In this document: positions 37,109 through 49,668 of the stretch, one piece after another
How positions within the stretch are numbered: position 1 is the stretch's first letter
How the letters are laid out: each line of letters opens with the position of its first letter
NCBI GenBank assembly: GCA_030390025.1
Contig: CM059433.1
Coordinates: forward strand, 28,398,001 to 28,462,000
Length of the DNA: 64,000 nucleotides
Origin: Squalus acanthias
Lineage: Eukaryota
Direction of reading: 5' to 3'
The notes under the pieces: generated by a model
Told to the model about the DNA's origin: nothing
Database searches by the model: none
Seen by the model: the letters and a program-made list of their open reading frames with translations, nothing else
Position numbers and translations under genes: made by a program

Positions 37109-37834
37109 GTAATAACTCCTTGTATGACAGTTTAAACACAGTTGTAAACCAAATTTAATCCTGCACTGATGAGGATCTTATCACTTTGATTTGCTGCATA
37201 CAAGGCCGAGGAAATAATGTCAAAGTGAATACATTGACTGCAAGATTGCAGTATTTTTTTTCAGTATTTTTAAATTGCTTTCATAAGCTTAAACCTAAAT
37301 ATTAATCAGATGTTTCAGCAATAATGGGCACGTGGGAGAACATGCTGTTTTGTTCGACAGCCAAGCTTACCCTTTATTTTAAAATAACTAAAGTTGTATG
37401 ACACAACGTTTATTTTGCAGTTTGATGATTATAGTGTAAAGAATGTTGTATATCGTAGGAAGATTTTTCATTTTTGAACAAAAATGTCTTGGTTTCCGTG
37501 ATCAATTCCATGAGGTCTGTAGTAACTGTTTCTTCAGATATAGCAAAGCAATGCTGGCAATTTTCATTGTATTAATAAGTTCACACACGTTTATATTTAA
37601 TGTTTCATGCTGCAACCTCAGAGGCTGCTAGGCTGGCCAAGATGTTCTGCAATATGAGTAGGTATTTGGTGGTCTCCTCAGTTTGTTCTAGCCCACAGTT
37701 ATAAATTCAGGGGCATGTTTATCAAGAATGGAGAATTACAAAGGTACGTCATTTGATTTCAGTTGAGGATTTCGTATGAGCCTGGGAAGCAAAGATACCC
37801 CCTGCTTCTTTTCTCCACTACCCACCGAGAGTCT

Positions 37835-38968
37835 CCTTAAACCCCTCCACCTTCACCTCCAACAAGTACGAGGAGCTCATAGACTTCTTTGTCACATAAG
37901 ATTGAGATGAGCTGTTCAGCTGCCTATGCCACATCCCTCCCTTACCCTAGCCCTGAACTCGCATCTTTGTGTAGTTTCTCTGTTCTCCCCTCATGTCTTC
38001 TCCAAGCTCATCTTGTCCGTGAGACCAAGCTCCTGCTCTCTTGACGCTATTCCCACTAACCTGCTGGTCCCTTATATCCCTCTCTCTTTCAAATGTGCTG
38101 TTTTCACTCTTCTCAAAAAAAAACAATCCTTGACCCCTCTGTAACAACCACCCCATCTCCAGCCTCCCTTTATTCTCCAAAGTCCCAAATCCGTGCCCAT
38201 CTTTTCCGCACCTCCACGTTTGAACCTCTCCAATCGGGTTTCCGCCCCTGCCACAGCACTGGAAAGCCCTATTAAAGTCACAAATGATATTCTCTGTGAC
38301 CATGGTGCACTAGCCCTTCTTCACCTGTCTGCAGCCTTTGACATGGTTGACCACGCCATCCTGCTCCAACATTTCTCCTCCATTGTCCAGCTGGGTGGGA
38401 CTGCCCAAGCCTGATTCCATTCTTACCAAGTAGCCAGAGAATCCCCTGCAATGGCTTCACTTCCTGCCCCGCAATGTCACCTCTGGAGTCCCCCACGGAA
38501 CTATCCTTGCACCCCACCCCCTCCCCCCCCCGTTTTTCATCGGTGTCATCATCTGAAGGTATGGGGTCAGGTTCACGGGTGACACCCAGCTCTACCTCAC
38601 CACCACCTTTCTCGACCCCTCCACTGCCTCTGTTGTCAGACTGCTTGTCCCACATCCAATTCTGGATCAGCTTCAGTTAAATATCTGGAAGACTGAAGCC
38701 ATTGTCTTCGTCCCTGCACCAAACTCCATCTCTTCGCCACTGATTCCATCAACCTCCCTGGCCCCACACTCTGAGGCTGAGACAGACTGCTCGCAACCTC
38801 ACCGTCCTATTTGTTCCCTGAGCTGAGCTTCCAACCCCGTAAGCTTTCCATCACCAAGACCGCCTACTTCCACATCTGTAATATCTCCCGCCTCCGCTTA
38901 TTTGCTATTGAAACCCTCATCCATGCTTTTGTTACCTCCAGAATCGACTATTCCAATGCTCTCCTGGT
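37835..38968 (+). mobile_element. L2-clade LINE RT fragment, decayed
   Basis: FEPLQSGFRPCHST, KVTNDIL, LSAAFDMVDHAILL, DCLSHIQFW, ETLIHAFVTSRIDYSNALL. A related fragment lies at 40215-40622. Confidence 0.88.
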
Positions 38969-39579
38969 GTTCTGTCACATGGAGGTGTGTAACCAAGTTA
39001 GGCTCGCTCCTAAACACGACATCTAGTATATGATTATCCCTGGTTTCCTCTTTGGTATGCTGAGTTGGGAAACAGTTGCGCTTTCCACCACATCAGATGG
39101 TAAAACCTTGTGACACTGAATTCACGGAAAATTGAAGGCTCCCATCAACAGAGATCACATGTTACCGAGGCTTTAGAAATTTGTTTCCATAGTAACTCAT
39201 CATGTTATAGTGCCTGACCTTGAGAGCCTGTAACATTTATCAATAACTAATAACCCAAGTGCCTGAGATGGTGGAAAAATTATAAAGCTGCTCCTGCAAA
39301 GTGTCACGTCTTCAGAGCACGCTCAAAATGCCTTTTCAGGTATGCTGACAAACATTGTGTGGTGGAAGCAAGTTGTTACTGGAAAGTAAGTACTTTCAGG
39401 ACAGTAAGACCAGTTGTCAATGTTTACACTTCGCAAACTGCAATATTATTTCATCTGTGGTTGTGACATGGCCACTGAATGTGGGTCTGAAGCATTAGAC
39501 TGGACAAGCAGGAGGACACTGCCTGTTTGCTTCGATATGTATGTTGTGCTAGTTATCTTGTGTATGGAAGCAAGCAATT

Positions 39580-39958
39580 TACATTGAATGTACAGAACAG
39601 AAACAGGTCATTCGGCCCAACTGGTCCATGCCAGTGTTTATGCTCCACATGAGCCTCCTTCCACCCCATAAATATAAGATAGTCACGAATAAAATCCAAT
39701 CGGAAATTCAGGAGAAACTTCTTCACCCAGAGAGTGGTGAGAATGTGGAACTCGCTACCACAAGGAGTAGTTGAGGCAAAAAGCATAGATGCATTTAAGG
39801 GGAAGCTAAATAAACACACGAGGGGAAAAAGAAATAAAACGTTGTGCTGATGGGTTAGATGAAGAGGGGTGGGAGGAGGCGCGTGTGGAGCATCAACACC
39901 GGCATAGACCAGTTGGGCCGAATGGCCTGTGTCTGTGCTGTACATTCTATGTAATTCT
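39580..39958. mobile_element. CR1 3' fragment (+) preceded by an inverted copy of its own tail
   Basis: 39580-39668 is the reverse complement of ~39866-39953. Same subfamily as 962-1330. Confidence 0.85.
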
Positions 39959-40999
39959 ACGTTGGCTGGACATGTGAAATAAGTTGATATATACCTTTGC
40001 TTGACCACTAGAGAGAGCTCTTTCTACAGCTCATTCATAGAATTACATAGATCAGGCAACATGTGCACACAAAGCCCATTAATGCAGGTGGACTTGGAAA
40101 ATGCTCGAAGTTTTTCTAACTTTTTTAGACGCCATATATTTCATGGCCAAACTATGGGTGGGTCTAAGAATTGCTTTCAATAAAGTCACTTTAAAGATCA
40201 TATTCTAAATAATTCCCGGTCTCCTCCACCCTCACCTCTAACAAGTGCGAGGAGCTCGTGAACTTCCTTGTGATTGAGACCATCTGATCAGCTGCCACTT
40301 ACCTCCCTTCCTCTAGCCCACTGGGCCAAACTTCCTCGAAGGTTCCCCCCTGCCCTAGCCCTGAACTTGCATCTTTCTCTAGTTGCTCTCCGATCTCTAA
40401 TCATGCCCTCTCCACGCTCATCTTGTCCATGAGACCCACTTCCTGCTCCCTTGAACTTATTCCCACCAAACTGCTGACCACCCAACTTCCGTTCCTGGCT
40501 CCCATGTTAGCTGATATTGTTAAAGGTTCTCTCTCCTCCAGTACTGTCCCCCCTCTCCTTCAAATCTACCATCGTCACCCCTCTCAAAAAACCAACCCTT
40601 GACCCCTCCATACTTGCAAACTATCTCGCTTCCCCTTAAATGCATCTATCAGATCATCTCTCCGCTTTCTCTTTTCTAGAGAAAAGAGCCCCAGTCTGTT
40701 CATTGTAACCCAGGACGGTGATAGATTTTTTTCTACGCCTTCAGTTAGTTCTTGTGACACGGCCGTGAAATATCCACCAAAGAGGTGTGCTTTATGTGTT
40801 TATAAGAGAGCTTATTTCTGCCCTCCAGCTGTTCCGAGTAAGAGAATTCTGTTTCAGACATGCAAAATATGATCCTTGCTGATCACAGCCAACTATTGAG
40901 GTGACCCGAAAAGACGAACTAATCGGTCCATAATAATTCTCGTAATAGATACCGCCACAGTTGTCACTGTGTCTTCGCATGTTAAACCCCACAGTTCTA

Positions 41000-41318
41000 G
41001 ATTACCCTCATGGAGAAATCTAGAACTCGGGGGCATAGTCTCAGAATAAAGGGTCGCCCTTTTAGAACTGAGATGAGGAGGAATTTCTTCTGAGAGTCGT
41101 AAATCTGTGGAATTCTCTGCCCCAGAGAGCCGTGGAGGCTGGGTCATTAAATACATTTAAGGTGGAGATCGACAGATTTTTGCAAGATAAGGGAGTGAAG
41201 GGTTATGGGGAGCGGGCAGGGAAGTGGCTTTGAGCCCAAGATCAGCCATGATCTTATTGAATGGCGGAGCAGGCTCGAGGGGCCAATTGGCCTATTCCTG
41301 CTCCTATTTCTTATGTAA
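41000..41318 (+). mobile_element. CR1 LINE 3' fragment
   Basis: tctagaactcgggggcatagtctcagaata..tgtggaattctctgcccc..ctcctatttcttatg. A short hairpin agttctagatt/aatctagaact marks the 5' junction. Confidence 0.9.
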
Positions 41319-41411
41319 TCCGCGATGGTTGAGTGAAATGAAGGAAGCTTGTTTTTTTCAATGGTTAAGTCCTTGAGATGTATCCTGGCTAACGACAACC
41401 TTTATTCTTGT

Positions 41412-41896
41412 CAGTCAGCAGCTGTTCAGTGGGTAGCGCACTCGCCTCCGAGTCAGAAGGTCGTGGGTTCAAGCCCCACTCCAGAGACTTGAGCACATAA
41501 TCTAGGCTGACACTCCAGTGCAGTACTGAGATGGTGCTGCACTGTCGGAGGTGCCGTCTCTCGGATGAGATGTTCGACCAAGCCCCGTCTGCCCTCTCAG
41601 GTGGACGTTAAAGATCCCATGGTACTATTTCGAAGAGGAGCAGGGGAGTTCTCCCCGGTGTCCTGGCCAACATTTATCTCTCAACCAACATTGCTAAAAC
41701 AGATTATCTGATCATTATCACATTGCTGTTTGTGGGATCTTGCTGTGGACAAATTGGCTGCCAAGTTTCTTAGATTACAACAGTGACTACATTAAAAAAA
41801 AAAAGCACTTAATTGGCTATAAAACGCTTTGGGATGTCCTGAGGTTGTGTATCATTCTATAATCTATAAAGGCACTATAGAAATGCAAGTCTTTTC
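41412..41896 (+). mobile_element. Deu-domain tRNA-SINE, full length
   Basis: tRNA-like head with B-box ggttcaagccc, Deu core ggaggtgccgtc..ggatgagat..aaagatcccatgg..ccccggtgtcctggccaa, L2-like tail. Confidence 0.93.
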
Positions 41897-43424
41897 CTGC
41901 TTCAACTGGTAATTTATCTGACTCATTTCGAACAGCACACTGCTTTTTAATTGTATTCAGTGGAATTCTCCAAAAAGGATGTCATTACTCATTATCATGC
42001 AAATCTACGACATTTCCATTGCAGAGTAAAGGTAAAAAAAAATTCTGTGAACTAGAAACTTGCCATTAGGTTGTTAGATCCTCTTCATAATCACTCTGTT
42101 CTCAGAAACACTTCTGCATGAGTAGGTCTAGATTTTTTTTAGGATTCTGCTTTGATTCGACTGGAAGTGATGAAGATTTTCATGTGAATTGTCTTTCAGT
42201 GCAACTGGATTGTTCTTATTGTATTACTTGTCATTTAAAGTGCTAGTACACTAATTGAACACGATGTGCTAGTGACATCAGCATTCTGTAGCCACTTTGG
42301 TCGTTTTGAGAGGCACGCAGAGAATTGTCCAAATTATACAAGACTCAATCTTGGAATAATAGGGACTGTTTGTATCACCACCTCTTTTGGTATAGTGGTT
42401 TAAATTTGGAGCAATTATAGAAAGTTCAAATGGAATACATTTACCACTGCTCCCAAGGGGTGGGAACATATTCAATGCCACTGTAGAATCAGCCTCTTAA
42501 AAGTCCTTGAAAATATTGCTGATTACACTATTACTGCGTTTTAGAAAGCAGTTGAAGAAAGCTATGGTGCTGTACAAAGCGATTGCACAGAAGCTGACAC
42601 CCGAGTAGGGCAGTGGTTAACTCTGCCTCACATCAAAAATGAATATTGTGTTGCACCAAATGTCATCTATTCGTAGCACTTGTGTCATTACTGTATGAGG
42701 AGCAACTTGTACCAACGGTCGCAGCCTAGACAAAATACCTGGGTTTGTCCCACAACCTTTTGTCTTTGAGTCTCTACTTGTGGTCTGGCCTTGGGCCACA
42801 CCTGATGCTACCTATCTGGAGAAGCCGTTTTCTTGATGACGCAGACATATAGGCAGTTTCTTTGTGTGTAGTATGTTCTTTGCAAACTATTTTTAACCGC
42901 TGTTAAACTGGGCAGTAAATTGGGAATCTTGCTAAGTCTCAGTACTAGTATGGAAACAGTTCCAATTATCGATCCAATTGAGTGTGTGCATAGTAATTAT
43001 GTTTCACATGTTGAGATGGATAGATTTTTGTTAGGTAAGGGTATTAAGAGATTTGGAACCAAGGCGGGTAGATGGAGTTGAGGTACAGATTCCCATGATC
43101 TAACTGAGTGGCGGAACAGGCTCGAGGGGCTGAATGGCCGACTCCTGTTCTTATGTTGCTACTTTGACAAAATGTGCATGTTTAAAGAAATAATCTAAAC
43201 CAGTCTCGCAATTTGAAGTTGGAACACGTCAGTTATTTTACTTTTTCATTTACCCGTGGCAACCAAGTGTTTGGGACCATTGCTTTCGTTGGTCTGCGAA
43301 TGCTTTTTTGAACACCACAGTACTCAAATTTAACAATGCTGGAAATCAAGTTACTCCCTGTTCTCTTTCTTCCCCCGACCCCCATGGCTTCAATAGTGAG
43401 CCAGGTTTTGAACTTTAAAAAAAA

Positions 43425-43695
43425 TTAATTCACTGGATGTGGGCATTGCTGGCAAGGCCAGCATTTATTGCCCATCCCTAATTGCCCTTAAGGTGGAGGT
43501 GAGCCACCGCCTTGAACTGCTGCAGTCCGTGTGGTGAGCTACTCCCATAGTCCTGTTAGGAAGCGAGTTCCAGGATTTTGACCCAGCGACGATGAAGGAA
43601 CGATGATGTATTTCTAAATCAGGATGGAGGGGAACTTGAAGGTGGTGATGCTGCCCCAGTCCTTGTAGGTGGTAGAGGTTGTGGGTTTGGGAGTA
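43425..43695 (-). mobile_element. Zenon-like LINE 3' end
   Basis: ORF 43465-43704 RSFIVAGSKSWNSLPN, with the reverse-complement tail. A CR1 tail fragment lies nearby at 43008-43160 (+). Confidence 0.8.
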
Positions 43696-44077
43696 ACATT
43701 TCATTCTAACTATATATTTTTTTTAAAAACTGTCCCTTGACAGTCCAGTAAATATTTAATGTACATGTTTGACAATCACTGACATTTATTTTTGGAAGAG
43801 AACACCTTATTAGAATAGGCAGAAAATATAACCAAGTAAATATGTATTTATTTGTTATTTTGGACTCACCAAAGGATAGCTTAAAATTATAAGTGAAGAA
43901 AATAGCTATTCTTTTAAAGCAATAATGGTGTCAGTACTTGACATAACCTACTTGCCACATCCTGGGTAACTGAATACTTTTCTTCCATAGTTGGAAGGAG
44001 TTCTTTGCTTGTAGTCCAAGTTGTTGCATGCTTCCTGTCTTTCCACTCTGCTAAAATTTGTCATCTTGTATTCATGG

Positions 44078-44517
44078 GTGTCAGCTGTGGCTCAGTGGGC
44101 AGCACTCTTGCCCCTGAGTCAGAAGGTTGTGGGTTTAAGCCCCACTCCAAAGGCTTGATCACAAAATCCAGGCTGACACTCCAGTGCAGTACTGAGGGAG
44201 CGCTGCACATGTTGGAGGTGCCGTCTTTCAGATGAGACATTAAACTCTTGGGTGGCACTAGTTTGAAGAAGAGCAGGGGAGTTCTCCCCGGTGTCCTGGC
44301 CAATATTTATCCCTCAACCAATATCACTAAAAACAGATTGCCTGGTCATTATCACATTGCTGTTTGTGGGACCTTGCTGTGCGCATATTGACTGCTGCAT
44401 TTCCTACATTACAACATGACTGCACTTCAAAAAAAAAAAGCACTTAATTGGATGTAAGGCACTTTTTGGAACGTCCTGAGCTCATGAAAGGCACTGTATA
44501 AATGCAAGTCTTTCTTT
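44078..44517 (+). mobile_element. Deu-domain tRNA-SINE
   Basis: Head gtgtcagctgtggctcagtggg through tail aaaggcactgtataaatgcaagtctttc. Confidence 0.92.
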
Positions 44518-44529
44518 ATCTTGGTTGGT

Positions 44530-45130
44530 TGCGTCGTTATGGTATCATCAGCAAACTGTCATTCCTGTTGTACTTTTGTCCAAATCATTTATATGAATGG
44601 AAAACAAAAAAAAGTCCAAGAACAGATACCTGGGGAACACCACTACCCACGCCACATCAATCCAAAAAAATCCATTTCCTTCTACTCTTTGCTTCATGCA
44701 CATCTTTCTATCGATGCCGCTACATCCCCTTTAATACCATGTGCCTCAATTTTCACAAGTCTCTGATGTGGCACCTCAGCAAACACCTTCTGAAAATCAT
44801 ATATAAAACATTCACATTGCCTTTATAAATTGTAATTCTCTCAACAAAATAACCCAACTAAATTAGTCAACAACACGATTAAAATGCATGTTGACTGTCC
44901 CTGATTAGCCCCTGCCTTAACATCCCTTACTACGGACTCTCGAAGTTTACCCGTGACCAAACTAAGATTAATTGGCCTGCTGGGTCCCTTTTCTTTGTCT
45001 TTACGAGGGCTGCTGCCCTTCCCAATTCTTTGGCACAATTCCCATTTCCAAAGCTTATATTATCAGCTCCCTAACCTTTTTTAGTATTTTGGGATGAATA
45101 CCATCTTGGCCGAGTGACGTTTCTACTTTA
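44530..45130 (-). mobile_element. Old CR1 RT fragment
   Basis: Reverse strand encodes RPINLSLVTGKL.ESVVRD and remnants of the PQ.S.LG and FADDT motifs. Confidence 0.65.
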
Positions 45131-45644
45131 AGTCCCATTTACTTTTAATATAGTTTTCCTTTGAATATTTATCATCCATTGAGGTCTCCCAAATCCTCGG
45201 GCCCTCATAAGTCCCACTTTCACCTTACTCTAGATGCCAGCTTAATAGTTAGTACTAATTCAGAAGGTTGTGGATTCAAGCCACACATCAGGTCCTGAAT
45301 GCAAAATCGAATACAGGTACAGCAAGTAATTAGGAAAGCTAATAGAATGTTATCGTTTATTGCGAGGGGAATTGAATACAAAAGTAGGGAGGTTATGCTT
45401 CAGTTATACAGGGCATTGGTGAGACCACATCTGGAGTACTGTGTACAGTATTGGTCTCCTTATTTAAGGAAGGATGTAAATGCGTTGGAAGCAGTTCAGA
45501 GAAGGTTTACTAGACTAATACCTGGAATGGGCGGGTTGTCTTATGAGGAAAGGTTGGACAGGCTGGGCTGTATCCGCTGGAATAACAACAGAAAATGCTG
45601 GAAAAACTCAGCAGGCCAGGCAGCATCCGTGGAGAGAAAAACAG

Positions 45645-45681
45645 AGTTAACGTTTCAGGTCGAAGACCTTTCATCAGAACT
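45645..45681 (-). ncRNA. Minimal hammerhead ribozyme motif
   Basis: Reverse complement reads agtt-CTGATGA-a-aggtc ttc gacct-GAAA-cgtt-aact. Confidence 0.78.
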
Positions 45682-46487
45682 GGAAAAAAGCAGGAAATGA
45701 AATAGATTTAAAGCAAGTATAATGCTGGGAAAAAGGGGAGGGGATGAAAGAACAAAAGGGAAGATCAGTGGTAGGATAGAAAGCAGGAGAGATTAAGAGA
45801 TATTCAAGGCAAGAGGAGGTGGTAATGTGACAGGTTGAGGCTAGATGAAGTGTGAAATGCGCTGGCAGAATGAAGGACAGCTGCCAGCTTCTGGGAGGGA
45901 AGAAAAAAGGACCAAACAAAAAGGTGGATGAAAAAATAAAATAAAAATATATATATATATATGTGATAGGGGCCGGGGTTATGATCTGAAATTGTTGAAC
46001 TCGATGTTTAGTCCAGAGGGCTGTAGAGTGCCTAAATGAAAGATGAGGTGCTGTTCCTCGAGCTTCTGCTGAGCTTGTGTGGAACAATGCAAGAGGCCGA
46101 GGACGGTGAGGTCAGAGTGGGAGTGGAGCGGAGAATTAAAGTGACAGGCCACCGGGAGCTTGGGGTCCCCCTTACGGACTGAACGGAGGTGTTCCGCAAA
46201 GCGGTATTTTTTATTTTTTCATCCACCCTTTTGTTTGGTCCTTTTTTTCCCCTCCCAGAAGCTGGCAGCTGTCCTTCATTCTGCCAGCGCATTTCACACT
46301 TCATCTAGCCTCAACCTGTCACATTACCACCTCCTCTTGCCTTGAATATCTCTTAATGTCTCTCCATGTCTCTTAATCTCTCCTGCTTTCTATCCTACCA
46401 CTGACCTTCCCTTTTGTTCTTTCATCCATTCCCCCTTTTCCCAGCATTATCCTTGCTTTAAATCTATTTCATTTCCTGCTTTTTTCC

Positions 46488-46524
46488 AGTTCTGACGAAA
46501 GGTCTTCGACCTGAAACGTTAACT
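46488..46524 (+). ncRNA. Minimal hammerhead ribozyme motif (intact)
   Basis: agtt-CTGACGA-a-aggtc ttc gacct-GAAA-cgtt-aact. Confidence 0.8.
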
Positions 46525-48504
46525 CTGTTTCTCTCTCCATGGATGCTGCCTGGCCTGCTGAGTGTTTCCAGCGTTTTCTGTTGTTATTTCGGATTTCCAG
46601 CATCTGCAGTATTTTGCTATTGTATCCGCTGGAGTTTAGAAGAGTAAGAGGTGACTTGATTGAAACATATACGATCCTGAGGGGTCTGGACAGGGTGGAG
46701 GTGGAGAGGATGTTTCCTCTTGTGGGAGAATCAAGAACTAGGGGTCACTGTTTAAAAATAAAGGGGTCGCCCATTTAAGACAGAGATGAGGAGAAATTTT
46801 TTCTCTGAGGGTCATGAGTCTTTGGAATTCTCTTCCTCAGAGGGTGGTGAAAGCAGAGTCTTTGAATATTTTTAAGGCAGAGGTAGATAGATTCTTGGTA
46901 AGCAAGGGGGTGAAAAGTTATCGGGGGTAGGCGGGAATGTGGAGTAATCCGATCAGCCATGATCTTATTGAATGGCGGAGCAGGCTCGAAGGGCCGAGTG
47001 ACCTGCTCCTAATTCGTATGAAAATACGTATGAAGCTGACACTTCATTGAAGAACTGGCCAGAGCTGCCATTCTTTGAATGAATACAAGGGGGTAAAGAT
47101 CATGCTACAGCTATACAAAGCAGATCAGCCATGATCCCATTGAATGGCGGAAAAGGCTCGAGGGACTAAATGGCCTACTGCTGTTCCTATTTGGAAAAGG
47201 CCATGGCGTTTTCCTGGTGTAGTGGCCAGCACTGTTCCCTTGCCAACAGCATGAAAAATGGATTAGCTGATTATTTGTCGTTTTGCTGTTTGTGGGACCG
47301 TGCTGGGCACACAATCAGTGCCACATTCACCTACATAACAATAGCAACTGTGTTTTAAAAAGTAATTCATTGTATGTGAAGTGTATTGGGGACGTTTGAG
47401 ACATGTGAAAGGACACTACATAAATGCAATTTTTTTTCCCCCTCTATGTGAAAACTTATATGAAATACTAAGCGCCTCTGCTATTATACTCAAGTATAAA
47501 ATGGCCCCCTCTGTCTTGTATTTGGGTAAGTCCTTGATATTTCCCTTTGTGTTGACAAATTAGGCATCTTTTTCCTACCACTTGAATGAGAATAACATGG
47601 GGCAGAATTGCGTAGTTACCCTTTTATCATGTTATCTCACACTGGAGACTGCACATCAGTCTACTCCAAAAGAGATAAAACACTACACTGTCAGACAATG
47701 TCAATTGGGTTAAAACTATTAAATCAGATTCAATTACCAACATAATTGCACAGAAACAAAATAATACAGCAAATAGTTATACGACCACAGAGATAAAATC
47801 AGACCGCAAAAGGTTAAATATTTGTTTCAAATGTATTACTCTCTCAATCCGAAAATCTACAAGACTTTGGTGGAGGTCGTGATGTGATGCCTGTATATGG
47901 GCGAGGCAGTATGCTTGCCCTGGCCACACAGATTCCAGCTGTCGCCTCAAATACCACTTTAATCTGAACTGATCAAACAGGGAAAACCCACATCCATTAC
48001 CAGGCAGAATGCAACACACCAGATCAAGGGGTTATTGCCTGTTAGACAAGTAATTATATGTTAATTCATTTTCCAGTTCAGGTTGAAGGCTGTGAACTGC
48101 AGCTCTCTGACTTTGCTTGCTTACATTTAAAATAGCTTAAGACCATTCGAGGTTTTCTCCTGAAATCGACAGTTACCTGCAAGTTTTGAATCCATTTAAA
48201 CATTTTCCCGACGTGTAGGAATTAGTATTCCGATTAACCTGCAAGTATTGGCAATTGACAGTACTGTGGAAAACCAGATGTGTCCCTCTTTTCCCGTTCC
48301 CATACAAAACCAGCAGCTATCTGTAAACTGATTTGTATATTTTCTTCCATCGTCACAAAACCCCAAAAGAATTGTTTATATTACATAAATTTTTAATCTT
48401 GGACTCGGCAAAAAAGAGAAATGTTTGAAGAACTAATTCATTTACAACCTATATTGAAAGTTTTACACGTTGACGGGTTTATGCCAGTTGACCCTGGTTT
48501 TAAG

Positions 48505-48850
48505 TTTTTTTTAAAATTTGTGATCGGCTGTGGGCAACACTGGCACGACAGCATTGATTGCTCATGTCTAGTTGGCCTGGGGGCATTAAGGGGGCAACCT
48601 CCCAGTGTGGCATTGTGATCACATGTAGGCCAGACCGGGTATGGGTGGCCAATGTCCTTACCCAAAGTACTTTAGTGAACCAGTTGGGTTTTTACAACAA
48701 TCCCAAAGCTCTTGTGGCCACTTTTCCTGATACCAGTCCACAAATGATCAGATTCATGAATTAGAATTCTGCAGTTTTCTACGGTAGGATTTAAACTCGT
48801 GACCTCTGGTTTGCTGGTCCAGTACCATAACAACTAGGCTATAGTACCCC
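48505..48850 (-). mobile_element. tRNA-derived SINE with a Zenon-like LINE tail
   Basis: Reverse-complement head ggtactatagcctagttgttatggtactggaccagcaaaccagaggtcacgagtttaaatcc. The 3' end resembles the tail at 14795-14850. Head fragments also at ~2478-2555 (-) and 53275-53330 (+). Confidence 0.65.
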
Positions 48851-48924
48851 AGAGTTTCATCAATATGCCTTGTTGGGCTCACTGCTACTTTTACCAGAGC
48901 ATATAGTGGATGTTTCCTTGGCAC

Positions 48925-49668
48925 TGAAACACAGGTTCCCGGTGAAACAGCAATTTACTTGTACTACTTTCAATTTAGTATACTGTATTCGCTGCTCACA
49001 ATGCAGTCCCCTCTACATTGGGGAGACCAAAAGCAGATTGGGTGATCGCTTTGCAGGACACCTCCGTTCAGTCCACAGGCGTGGCCCTGAGCTTTGGGTC
49101 GCCTGTCATTTTAATTCTCCGCCCCACTCCCACTCTGATCTCTCTGTCCTTGGCCTCCTACACTGTTCCTACAATGAAGCTCAACGGAAGCTTGAAGAAC
49201 AGCACCTCATCCTTCGATTAGGCAATTTACAGCCTTCCGGACTCAGTTCAACAATTTCAGATCATAGCCACTGCGCGCATTTTTTTCTGACAGCAGCTGT
49301 TGGTAATGATTCTGCCATTGCCATTTACACCTCCTCTGGACCCATCTTTTGTTTCTTTACTTGTCCCATTATCACCCCCTTTTGCCTTGCAACATCATGC
49401 CTTTTGTCATTTAATCTCTCCTGCCTTCCCCCCTATCTCAGACCTTCCCTTTTGTTCTTTTCTCCCCTCTTCTCCCCCCTCCCCCCCTTCCCTGCCCCTG
49501 CACTTGCTTAAAACCTGTTACATCTCTAACTTTTTCCAGTTCTGACGAAAGGTCATCGAGCTGAAATGTTAACTCTGTTTCTCTCTCCACAGATGCTGCC
49601 TGACCTGCTGAGTGTTTCCAGCATTTTCTGTTTTTATTTCAGATTGCCAACATCCGCAGTATTTTGAG
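48925..49668 (+). mobile_element. Penelope-like element 3' part; hammerhead motif with point changes at 49538-49574
   Basis: ORF 48870-49511 NLVYCIRCSQC.PLYIGETKSRLGDRF, followed by the terminal repeat. Confidence 0.92.

Larger units (their letters stand above)
45582..46620. mobile_element. Penelope-like insertion with inverted terminal repeats and a 13-bp TSD
   Basis: TSD tgtatccgctgga at 45569-45581 and 46621-46633. Arms ~45582-45945 (-) and ~46205-46589 (+) are inverted copies around a GIY-YIG C-terminal fragment. Confidence 0.92.
45310..47020 (+). mobile_element. CR1 LINE 3' part, interrupted by a Penelope insertion
   Basis: ORF 45299-45700 ([26 protein letters not shown]) resumes in 46539-46778 (YPLEFRRVRGDLIETY). 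Confidence 0.94.

Noticed and set aside
40792..40992. Retroviral/Gypsy integrase call
   Set aside because: Needs a frameshift, the catalytic spacing is wrong, and there is no LTR context. Kept only as an unexplained segment.
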